From an archaeon (GTDB lineage Archaea > Iainarchaeota > Iainarchaeia > Iainarchaeales > 1-14-0-10-31-34): a stretch of 32,000 nucleotides of DNA. The notes beneath the pieces were generated by a model, which saw nothing but the letters and a program-made list of their open reading frames with translations, was not told the DNA's origin and did not search any database. The stretch is from positions 1-32,000 of the forward strand of contig JAJRVL010000002.1 in the NCBI GenBank assembly GCA_024277355.1. The letters run 5' to 3'. Shown here one piece after another: positions 9,027 to 16,702 of the stretch; within the stretch, counting starts at the first letter, position 1, and each line of letters begins with the position of its first letter. Position numbers and translations under genes: made by a program.

Positions 9027-9770
9027 TTAACTTTCGTCGTAGGCTTCTTCTATTCCGTGGACTTTCATTCCGTTTTTGGTTATTGTTACTGGATGTAAGT
9101 CTTCTGAGTGTTTTGTTGAACGCATTTTTCTTATGTGGACTGTTCTGTTTGTTCCGCCGCCGCCTATTCCTGAATAATGTAATACTATTACTCCATCTAC
9201 TACATATTCTTCTACATCATATCTTCCGAATTTGGCTGCACCTTCTTGTATTTCTGAAGTCATAATTGAAGTTACTCCAATTCTCATTAACATATAACTT
9301 AATTTTAGTATTGCTTTTCTTGTTTCATTTTCGTTTTCAAAATTAAAGCCTAATGCAGGAATTGAATCAATTACTGCTCTTTTTGCTCCAATTCTTTTTG
9401 TTACTCTCATTATTTCTAGTAATAATTTATCTAAATCAAAACCTGTCATTGGTAAAGAAAATTCTTCTTCTGACGGCATACCAATTCTTGCAACACTTCC
9501 GTCTATTATGCTGATTAATTTTTTTTCTTCTAATTTTTTTAAATCCCAGCCAAATCTTGTTACGTCTTCTCTTATTAATTCTGGTCTTTCATCTAAAGTT
9601 ACATATATTCCTGGTTCATTGTATTTTACGGCGCCATTGTAAATATACTGCATTGAAAAAATTGTTTTTCCGGTTCCACACGCTCCTGATACAAGCATTG
9701 TTCTTTTTTCAGGAAAGCCTCCTTCAATTAAATCATCTAATCCGCTTATTCCAGTTTTAACTCTTTTCAT
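9027..9770 (-). CDS. single-domain KaiC/RadA-like (RecA-superfamily) ATPase
   Basis: GISGLDDLIEGGFP, Walker A GACGTGKT, Walker B-like RAVIDSI, and a C-terminal IRKMRSTKHS region as in COG0467-type KaiC homologues. I prefer the ATG at 9770, preceded by AAGGTG plus a 6-nt spacer; the GTG at 9779 is part of that SD. Confidence 0.85.
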   Translation of the reverse strand: MKRVKTGISGLDDLIEGGFPEKRTMLVSGACGTGKTIFSMQYIYNGAVKYNEPGIYVTLDERPELIREDVTRFGWDLKKLEEKKLISIIDGSVARIGMPSEEEFSLPMTGFDLDKLLLEIMRVTKRIGAKRAVIDSIPALGFNFENENETRKAILKLSYMLMRIGVTSIMTSEIQEGAAKFGRYDVEEYVVDGVIVLHYSGIGGGGTNRTVHIRKMRSTKHSEDLHPVTITKNGMKVHGIEEAYDES

Positions 9771-9836
9771 TTTTAACACCTTTTTCTATAATTATTGTTT
9801 TTGAATTAATAAACTTTTGTTTTTGTGTTTTTTCAG

Positions 9837-11663
9837 TTAAATCCTGCTTACTTCTTTTATTCCTTCAATTTTATTTATTTTTTCAAGGATTTTTCCTATG
9901 GTTTGTGGTTTTTTTGTTTTAAGTGTTATAGTGCAGTTCACTGTTTTGTTTTCTACTTTTGCATTAGTTGAAATTATTTTTCCTTTTAATGAAGTAACTG
10001 CATCAAGTATTTCTGTAAGTAAGTTTACTTTTTCTTTTGCCTGAATTTTTATTTTTGTATTTAATTCTTTTTGGCCGATCATTTTCCAGTTTATTGGAAT
10101 TATTTTTTTTCTGTTTTCTCTTTTAAGGTTTACACAGTTTTCGTTATGAACGATTAATTTTCTTTTTGTGGTTTTTATTGCAAAAATTTTGTTTTCAGGA
10201 AGCGGATTACAGCATTTGGCTATTTTAATTGATTCAATTATTTTTTTTGATATTTCTGGTTTTATTATTTTTGGTTTTACTTCTTGGGATATTTTTAATA
10301 TTTGTTTTATTTTTGCTTTAGCTTTTTTTGTTTTTACCATCACTAACCATTGTCTTTTTGGAAACTGTTTTTTTGAAGTTATTATTTCAACTAAATCTCC
10401 GTTTTCCAGTTTATGGTCTAATTTTACTATTTTGCCGTTTACTTTTGCTTTTTCACATTTGTTTCCCATGTTTGAGTGAACTGCATAAGCAAAATCTAAT
10501 GGTGTTGAATCAGGAGTCAGTTCAATTATGTCGGCTTTTGGTGTTAAAGTAAATATTTTTTTTTCTTCAAATCTTAATTTTAATGTGTCAAGTATTTTTT
10601 TTGTTTTATTTTTTCTGTGCCATTCAATTAATTCTTTTGCCCATGTTAATTTAGAGTCAAATTCTTTGTCTTTTTTTACTTCTTTGTAGGCCCAGTGTGC
10701 AGGAAGGCCTTCTTCTGCTTCTGCGTTCATTTCAAAGGTTCTTATTTGTGTTTCAAATATTTTTTTATCTTTGGTTTTTAAGTCTGTGTGGATTGAACGG
10801 TAATTATTTTTTTTTGGGGTTGCAATATAATCATCAAATGAGTTAAGCAGTGGTTCATACATTGAATGGATTATGCCTAAAATTAAATAACATTCTTTTA
10901 TTGTATTGCAGAGTATTCTCACTGCAATTAAGTCATGTAATTCGTTTGCTTTGCAGTTTTTTTTCTTCATTTTACTGTATATTCCGAAAAAGTTTTTGGT
11001 TCTGCCGATTATTTTTGCATTTATTTTATCGTCTTTAAATCTTTTTTTTATTTCATTAATTATTTTTTTTAAGTCTGTTTCTCTTTCTTTTCTTTTCTTT
11101 TTTAATGCTCGTTTTAGTTTGTTGTATTCTTTTGGGTGTTCAATTTTAAATGCTCTGTCTTCTAACTCCCATTTTATTTCATTTAATCCAAGTTTTTGGC
11201 TGATTGGAAGATATACTTCTCTTATTTTTTTTGCAAGAATTTTATCTGGTTCTTTTACATTTCTTAATTCAGATAATTTTAATGAAAGTGCAATTATTAT
11301 TGTTCTGATGTCTTTTGTTGTAGCAAGAATTATTTTGCTTAATGTTTCTGAAGAAAAATTTTTGCTTTGGGATTCAATTTTTTTTATTTTTCTTAGCTCT
11401 TCAACAATATTTGTTATGTCTTCATTGAATTCTTTTGTTATTTCTTCTTTTTTTGTTTTGGTTTCGCATAAAAATGTTGCAGCTAAAGGGTTTCCTTTTA
11501 TTCCTAATGAATTCAGAATATAAGCGCTGTTTAATGAATTTTGAAATTGCTTTTGATCAATAATTTTATCTGAATATTCTATTGCTTTTTTTATTTGAGA
11601 GTAATAAGGTCCTTTTTTTATTGAGTTCTTGAATTTTTCAACTGAAATGTTTTCATATTCCAT
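9837..11663 (-). CDS. long RelA/SpoT homologue (RSH): degenerate HD domain - synthetase - TGS - Cys-rich (ZFD/CC) - ACT
   Basis: Synthetase motifs GRTKNFFGIYSKM, HDLIAVRIL, NYRSIHT, ETQIRTFEMNAEAEEGLPAHWAYKE. TGS domain IFTLTPKADIIELTPDSTPLDFAYAVHSNMG...GDLVEIIT. CC motif AKCCNPLPENKIFAI...VHNENCVN. ACT-like C-terminus. The hydrolase HD/ED residues are replaced (TFLCETKT where LLHDvvEDT is expected; LSLKLSELRN where ADRLHNMR is expected). Confidence 0.85.
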   Translation of the reverse strand: MEYENISVEKFKNSIKKGPYYSQIKKAIEYSDKIIDQKQFQNSLNSAYILNSLGIKGNPLAATFLCETKTKKEEITKEFNEDITNIVEELRKIKKIESQSKNFSSETLSKIILATTKDIRTIIIALSLKLSELRNVKEPDKILAKKIREVYLPISQKLGLNEIKWELEDRAFKIEHPKEYNKLKRALKKKRKERETDLKKIINEIKKRFKDDKINAKIIGRTKNFFGIYSKMKKKNCKANELHDLIAVRILCNTIKECYLILGIIHSMYEPLLNSFDDYIATPKKNNYRSIHTDLKTKDKKIFETQIRTFEMNAEAEEGLPAHWAYKEVKKDKEFDSKLTWAKELIEWHRKNKTKKILDTLKLRFEEKKIFTLTPKADIIELTPDSTPLDFAYAVHSNMGNKCEKAKVNGKIVKLDHKLENGDLVEIITSKKQFPKRQWLVMVKTKKAKAKIKQILKISQEVKPKIIKPEISKKIIESIKIAKCCNPLPENKIFAIKTTKRKLIVHNENCVNLKRENRKKIIPINWKMIGQKELNTKIKIQAKEKVNLLTEILDAVTSLKGKIISTNAKVENKTVNCTITLKTKKPQTIGKILEKINKIEGIKEVSRI

Positions 11664-11772
11664 ATAATATAATTTATTTAAGGAAAAGCTTTAATTCTGT
11701 TTTTTTAATGTTTTTTTTTGTATTGCATAATTTTATTTATTTATTTGTCTTTTATTTGATAAGGTGTTATTT

Positions 11773-12498
11773 TTGATTATTGCAGGAAACTGGAAAATGA
11801 ATAAAACAATTAAAGAAACAAAAGAATTTTTTGAAAAATTTAATAAACTTGTTTCTGAAACAAAAAACAAGATTTTAATTTTTCCTTCTTTTATTTGTCT
11901 TCAGACAGCAAAAGAAACTGCTTCAAAAAACATATTTATTGGTTCTCAAAATGTTTTTTTTGAAGAAAAAGGAGCTTTTACAGGGGAGATTTCTGTTTTA
12001 CAGATTAAAGATTTATGTGATTTTGTTTTGTTAGGCCATTCAGAAAGAAGACATAAATTTTCTGAATCAAATGAGTTAATTAATAAAAAAGTAATTAATG
12101 CAATTAAATCATTTAATGTTGTTTTATGTGTTGGAGAAACTGAAAGTGAAATGGAAAAAGGAAAAACTAATTTTGTTTTAGAAAACCAGTTAATTAAAGG
12201 ATTAAAAGAAGTTTCTTTTTCAGAAAAACTATTTATTGCTTATGAACCTGTCTGGGCTATTGGTACAGGAAAAACTGCAGGAAAAAAGGAAATTAATTCT
12301 GCTCATTCTTTTATACGAAAAAAATTAATTGAATTATTTGGAGAAAAAGCTGATTCAATTAATATTTTGTATGGGGGAAGCGTTAAACCTAATAATTTAA
12401 ATGAAATTTTTTCTGCTGAAAATGTAAATGGAGTTTTAGTTGGCGGAGCATCACTTAACCCTGAAATTTTTGCAGAAATAGTTAATTATAAAAAATAA
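11773..12498 (+). CDS. tpiA: triosephosphate isomerase, bacterial/eukaryal-type sequence
   Basis: IIAGNWKMN, LLGHSERR, CVGE, AYEPVWAIGTG, YGGSV. The likely start is the TTG at 11773, preceded by the SD AAGGTG. The GTG at 11764 used in the ORF track is probably part of that SD. Confidence 0.9.
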   Translation: MIIAGNWKMNKTIKETKEFFEKFNKLVSETKNKILIFPSFICLQTAKETASKNIFIGSQNVFFEEKGAFTGEISVLQIKDLCDFVLLGHSERRHKFSESNELINKKVINAIKSFNVVLCVGETESEMEKGKTNFVLENQLIKGLKEVSFSEKLFIAYEPVWAIGTGKTAGKKEINSAHSFIRKKLIELFGEKADSINILYGGSVKPNNLNEIFSAENVNGVLVGGASLNPEIFAEIVNYKK

Positions 12499-12516
12499 AT
12501 AAAAATAAAAAAAAGG

Positions 12517-12536
12517 AAATGCAGTTAACTGCATTT
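12517..12536. terminator. perfect 20-nt palindrome between convergent tpiA and the pilin gene (bidirectional terminator candidate)
   Basis: AAATGCAGTT|AACTGCATTT, flanked by an A-run on the left and T's on the right. It overlaps the last codons and the stop of the pilin gene. Confidence 0.5.
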
Positions 12537-12977
12537 TCCAATTAATCCTTTGTCGCCTAACTGTACTAATCCATTGACTTTCTTTGAATTGTAAGTAAAT
12601 GAAACATTGTAGTCAAATCCGCTTCCTGCGTTTCCGCATGCAGTTAATCCTGTTAATGAAACTAATTCAGATTCGCCTGCGTTAAATGAAACACTTGAAC
12701 TTAATCCGGCTATTCCGTCAATGTTTAAGTCAGTTAAAGTCAGTTTGTTTGCTGAAATATTCTGCACTTCAATTTCTGCTGTTGTTCCGCTGAATTTGAA
12801 TTCCTTTATTGAGAAAGGAGAAGTGCTTTGCCAGTATGCTCTTGACTGTTGTTCGGTTAATCCTCCTGTTAATCCAGGAACCCAACCCATTACACCTACA
12901 ACAACTAATGCAATGACAATTATTACTGCAAGAATAATTAAGTATTCTGTTGTTCCTTGTGCTTTTCTTCCAATCAT
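12525..12977 (-). CDS. archaeal type IV pilin-like protein with class III signal peptide (candidate major pilin)
   Basis: MIGRKAQG|TTEYLIILAVIIVIALVVVGV: a short basic leader ending in G, an acidic residue shortly after, then a ~20-aa hydrophobic helix, followed by a Ser/Thr/Gly/Asn-rich beta-type domain. It has the strongest SD in the locus (GGAGG plus an 8-nt spacer) and is the last gene of the operon. Confidence 0.8.
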   Translation of the reverse strand: MIGRKAQGTTEYLIILAVIIVIALVVVGVMGWVPGLTGGLTEQQSRAYWQSTSPFSIKEFKFSGTTAEIEVQNISANKLTLTDLNIDGIAGLSSSVSFNAGESELVSLTGLTACGNAGSGFDYNVSFTYNSKKVNGLVQLGDKGLIGKCS

Positions 12978-13038
12978 TTTTTTTTCCTCCTTTTAGATAA
13001 ATATTATAGCTATTATTTAGTGTCTTTTTATTTATAAC
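12978..13038 (-). promoter_or_regulatory. pilin upstream region: GGAGG SD (12986-12990) plus A/T-rich TATA-like boxes
   Basis: The minus strand reads GTTATAAATAAAAAG...AGCTATAATATTTATCTAAAAGGAGGAAAAAAAAATG. The SD is clear. Which TATA-like element, if any, is used cannot be decided from the sequence. Confidence 0.35.
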
Positions 13039-13047
13039 TTTTTCTGA

Positions 13048-13977
13048 TTAGACAATTGAAAGAAATCCTGAAATTACTGTTTTAAATGCTGTAAAAAGAA
13101 TAAATGATGCAATAAAAATTATTGGAGAATACTTTAATCCCAATTTTATTTTTCTTTCAGTTAAAACTCCTATAAATAAACTTGCAAGAATTGAATTTCC
13201 TAATAATAAAATCACTGCAATATTGTGCATGAAATTTGAAGTTATTACGATTTCTGCACTAAGAAAACCAATATTAAGGCTTTCATCAACTGCACTTTGT
13301 CCTTGAATTGAATTAATCATTTCAAGGAACTGAACGGAAATTGACATCAACAAAGGGGTTGCTACAACTATTACAAATAAAACAAATAACACATACATTT
13401 TTGTTCCTGAAATCATTTCTTTTTTCATTTCCTGTGTTTTTGATATGTCTTCTGAGCTTGCTTCAAGCAGTTTAGCCAGTTTTCCGCCGGACCTCATGCT
13501 TTCAGAAAGAAATGCAACGCTTTCTTTTAGAATTCTTGAATCAATTTTTTCGGATAATTGTTTTAATGAATTTCTGAATGAGTCTATTCCTAAACTTTTT
13601 GTGCTTATTGTTTTTATTTCTTCAGCTAAAGGGCCAAATTCTTCTCTTGAACTGTTTTTAAATGCACTAAAAGGAGTCATTCCAGATCTTAAGTTTGATG
13701 CAACTAATAAAAGAAAGTCTGGAAGGACTGTTTCAACTCTTTTTACTCTGTCGTCAATTTGGTGTTCTAAATGAAAATAATAAATAAATTCAGTTAAAAT
13801 AAAAAGAATTATTCCTAAAATAAATGAAAATAATATTTGAATTGTGAATTCATTTAATGAAAAATATTTACCTAAACTTAATGGAATTAAAAAACCAATT
13901 ATAAAAAACAATAATGCAAGCATTATTCTTTTACCTAACCATTCATCTATGTCTTCGTTTATCCCTGCATAATCCAT
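13048..13977 (-). CDS. type IV filament platform protein, single T2SSF (FlaJ/TadC-like) domain
   Basis: 309 aa. N-terminal TM segments, then a cytoplasmic helical domain (VETVLPDFLLLVASNLRSGMTPFSAF...LSESMRSGGKLAKLLE), then C-terminal TM helices, which is the T2SSF topology. The reading frame stays open for 31 codons upstream of the ATG (to 14070). Confidence 0.8.
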   Translation of the reverse strand: MDYAGINEDIDEWLGKRIMLALLFFIIGFLIPLSLGKYFSLNEFTIQILFSFILGIILFILTEFIYYFHLEHQIDDRVKRVETVLPDFLLLVASNLRSGMTPFSAFKNSSREEFGPLAEEIKTISTKSLGIDSFRNSLKQLSEKIDSRILKESVAFLSESMRSGGKLAKLLEASSEDISKTQEMKKEMISGTKMYVLFVLFVIVVATPLLMSISVQFLEMINSIQGQSAVDESLNIGFLSAEIVITSNFMHNIAVILLLGNSILASLFIGVLTERKIKLGLKYSPIIFIASFILFTAFKTVISGFLSIV

Positions 13978-14042
13978 TTTAATTAAAATTTTTTTTCTTG
14001 TTTTTTCAGGAATGATTTCTGAAAGTCTTTTTTGTATTAATT

Positions 14043-14927
14043 TTATAAAATCACCTTTGGTTTTCTGTTTTTAACAAAACCAATTAATATTATTTGAACT
14101 ATAAATGCAAATAAAATTGTAATAATTACATGCATTTCAGATATGTCTGATCCTCCAAAAGAAGAAAGAATTATCATAAAAGTAATTCCTAAAGTTGGAA
14201 TTGCGGCAGCTAAAAGCAGATACATTAAAATCCATAAATTTAGTTCAGCTGAATAATTTTTTATTGCTCTTAATTGATTTGCAGTTAAAGTGTTAATTGC
14301 AGTTTCTAATGCACCTGCAACACTTGCCCCGCTTTTAATTGATGCAGTAATCTGCCAGGCAGCTTTTTTCATGTATTCTGATTTTGTTTTTAATGCAAGT
14401 TTTTCTAATGCTTTTGCTTCAGAGATTCCTGAATTAATGTCCTGAATTAATTCATTGAATTCTTCTGATACTATCCCATAATCTGCTTTAGCAATGTTTT
14501 TTATTGTGTTAAATAAAGGTATTCCTGATTTAACCTGAATTAACATGCTTTTTAATGCAAAAATTAAGTTTTGGTCAATTCCAAAAGCAATTCTTTTTGA
14601 AATTATTCCTGGATAAATAATATGCAAAAAGAAAAATAACACAAAAAACATTATTCCTGCAATAACATTTAATGGAAATGCGTTTGCAATTATTCCGTCT
14701 CTTAAAAAAATAAGGGCAGTTAAAAAAATAAAGAAAAAAATCCCGTAAATTAATCCAGATAAAAAACTTGCAGTAAGATACTCTTCAGTGCTTATATTTA
14801 ATTCTGCTTTTTTTATTTCATATTTAACTCCGACAAAAACTTTCTGAAAAAAATCTCCAATAAATAAAATTCGTTTATTTAATTTTTTAGCCTGTTCGAT
14901 TGAAAACAACATGAATTTTACTCTCAT
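14043..14927 (-). CDS. type IV filament platform protein, single T2SSF (FlaJ/TadB-like) domain
   Basis: 294 aa. TM helices flank a cytoplasmic helical domain (IFALKSMLIQVKSGIPLFNTIKNIA...ITASIKSGASVAGALE), and it ends in TM helices. It is a paralogue of the downstream gene. Confidence 0.8.
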   Translation of the reverse strand: MRVKFMLFSIEQAKKLNKRILFIGDFFQKVFVGVKYEIKKAELNISTEEYLTASFLSGLIYGIFFFIFLTALIFLRDGIIANAFPLNVIAGIMFFVLFFFLHIIYPGIISKRIAFGIDQNLIFALKSMLIQVKSGIPLFNTIKNIAKADYGIVSEEFNELIQDINSGISEAKALEKLALKTKSEYMKKAAWQITASIKSGASVAGALETAINTLTANQLRAIKNYSAELNLWILMYLLLAAAIPTLGITFMIILSSFGGSDISEMHVIITILFAFIVQIILIGFVKNRKPKVIL

Positions 14928-14936
14928 TTTTTATCA

Positions 14937-16187
14937 CTACATTTTATTGAAGTCAAGTTTTTTTCCCACTGCTTCCAGAACTAAATCCTTGTTGCTGTAA
15001 TATTTGTTCATTACTTCTCCTACTTTGTTTACGTCATTTATTTTTTTTTCTATCATCCATTCAAGGATTGTTTTTCTTTCTTCTAAATCTTTAGTTATTT
15101 CCTGTTCGGTTAATCCTGTGTGTAAATTTAATTCTCCGTAAAATTTTGTTGGTTCATCTATTTTATCCCAGGTGTCTGTTCTTGGGCTCCATCTGTAAAT
15201 TGTGTTAATTGAAATGCTTCCTTCGTGGCTTCCTGTGTCTATTTCGCTTATTTCCATTGTTCTTCTTTTGTTTGTTTTTCTGTCTCTGTATTGAACTAAA
15301 ACTAAATGTAATGCTTCAACTTCTAATGCAGGAATTTCAATTGGCGGTTCAGTTAATCTTCTGACTAACTGCATTCCTGAATCGGCATGCATTGTTGAAT
15401 AAACTGAATGTCCTGTATGCATTGCTTCAAATAATACTTCTGCTTCTTTTCTTTGCCTCATTTCTCCTAAAATTATTCTGTCTGGACGCATTCTTAATGC
15501 AGACATCATTAAGTCAAACATGCTTATTTCTCCTACGCCTTCTGGGTTAGGGTTTCTTGTTGTTAATGGAACCCAGTTCCATTTTAAGTTTTCAGGAAGA
15601 ACTAGTTCTCTTACATCTTCTATTGTAATTATTCTGTGGTAATTTGGAATCATTGCACATAAAGTGTTTAGTGCAGATGTTTTTCCTGAGGCGGTTGAAC
15701 CTGCTACCATTAAATTCATTTCATAATGCAGTGCCATCCACAAAAAGGCAGCCATTTCTGAGTTCATTGTGTGTTTTTCAGGAGAAATAAAGTCTGTTAT
15801 AGTCCAGGGTCTTCTTGAAAATTTTCTTATTGTAATTGTATTGCCTAAAGATGAAACAGGAAATAATGTTGCATTAACTCTGTCGCCTGTAATTAAATGT
15901 GCGTCAAGAATTGGATTTAAGTTTGTTATTTCTCTTCCGATTTTTCTTGCAATTTGTGCAGCATAATTTTCAATTAATTCTTCTGATTCAACATTAATGT
16001 TTGTTTTAAGCCAGCCAAATTCTCTGTGATACACTGCAATAGGTGTCTTAGATGAATTAATTGTAATTTCTTCTAATAAGTCATCTTTAATTAATACTTC
16101 TAATTCTCCCATTCCATACATTTCATGCAGTAAAATTCCTGCAAGTTTTGTTGTTGTAGATTTTTCATTTTCAGGAAAATATTTCAT
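14937..16187 (-). CDS. FlaI/TadA/VirB11-family type IV filament assembly ATPase (core as delimited by the first ATG)
   Basis: Walker A GSTASGKTS, Walker B/Asp box RPDRIILGEMR, His box GHSVYSTMHA. The true N-terminus almost certainly lies upstream (see feature 16188-16448 and the finding). Confidence 0.9.
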   Translation of the reverse strand: MKYFPENEKSTTTKLAGILLHEMYGMGELEVLIKDDLLEEITINSSKTPIAVYHREFGWLKTNINVESEELIENYAAQIARKIGREITNLNPILDAHLITGDRVNATLFPVSSLGNTITIRKFSRRPWTITDFISPEKHTMNSEMAAFLWMALHYEMNLMVAGSTASGKTSALNTLCAMIPNYHRIITIEDVRELVLPENLKWNWVPLTTRNPNPEGVGEISMFDLMMSALRMRPDRIILGEMRQRKEAEVLFEAMHTGHSVYSTMHADSGMQLVRRLTEPPIEIPALEVEALHLVLVQYRDRKTNKRRTMEISEIDTGSHEGSISINTIYRWSPRTDTWDKIDEPTKFYGELNLHTGLTEQEITKDLEERKTILEWMIEKKINDVNKVGEVMNKYYSNKDLVLEAVGKKLDFNKM

Positions 16188-16448
16188 TAAAGTTTTATTT
16201 ACTATTTGTATAAATTTTTGTTTTAATTTTAAGTTTTCTTCTTCTGAGTCAATTGAAACACTTTTTGCAATTTCGTCTTTTATTTCTTCAAGGAATTTTT
16301 TTGTTGAATAGTCTGCTTTGTCAAATTCAAGGAAATATAAAGGGCGTTTTTCTTTTTCTATTGTTTTTATTTTAACTGTTGCATTTGATTCTTCTTTTAT
16401 TTCGTATGTGTTTATAGTTTTAGTTGCTTTAATTAATTTTTTTTTTCT
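16188..16448 (-). other. 87 in-frame sense codons upstream of the ATPase ATG with no ATG/GTG/TTG; probable N-terminal domain of the ATPase
   Basis: My manual translation reads RKKKLIKATKTINTYEIKEESNATVKIKTIEKEKRPLYFLEFDKADYSTKKFLEEIKDEIAKSVSIDSEEENLKLKQKFIQIVNKTL, running directly into MKYFPENEK. An in-frame TGA sits at 16449-16451. The frame is -1 relative to ORF 16433-16660 across the A10 run at 16437-16446. Confidence 0.65.
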
Positions 16449-16660
16449 TCAGGAATTTCCTGTTCAAGTCTAATAAAAGGTTTAGATAAAACATTTGCGG
16501 GATAAATTACATTTAATATTCCTGTTTTTTCCATTACTTTTGCTGTTAATTCAACTTTGTTTTTTTCCCAGTTTAATTGTTTTGATATTTGTTCAATTGA
16601 AAGCTTTTTTTCGTCTTTAAGCAGTTCAACCATTTCACTTATTTTTGTTTTTAGTATCAT
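16433..16660 (-). CDS. small winged-helix-like protein, or the N-terminal module of the ATPase if the frames are joined
   Basis: 75 aa: MILKTKISEMVELLKDEKKLSIEQISKQLNWEKNKVELTAKVMEKTGILNVIY. This helix-turn-helix-like pattern is my inference and is not verified. The ORF ends inside the A10 run (GAA GAA AAA AAA AAT TAA). Confidence 0.55.
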   Translation of the reverse strand: MILKTKISEMVELLKDEKKLSIEQISKQLNWEKNKVELTAKVMEKTGILNVIYPANVLSKPFIRLEQEIPEEKKN

Positions 16661-16702
16661 TTTTTTCCCTTCAGCAATAATACTGTTTTTTTATTAATAA
16701 AT

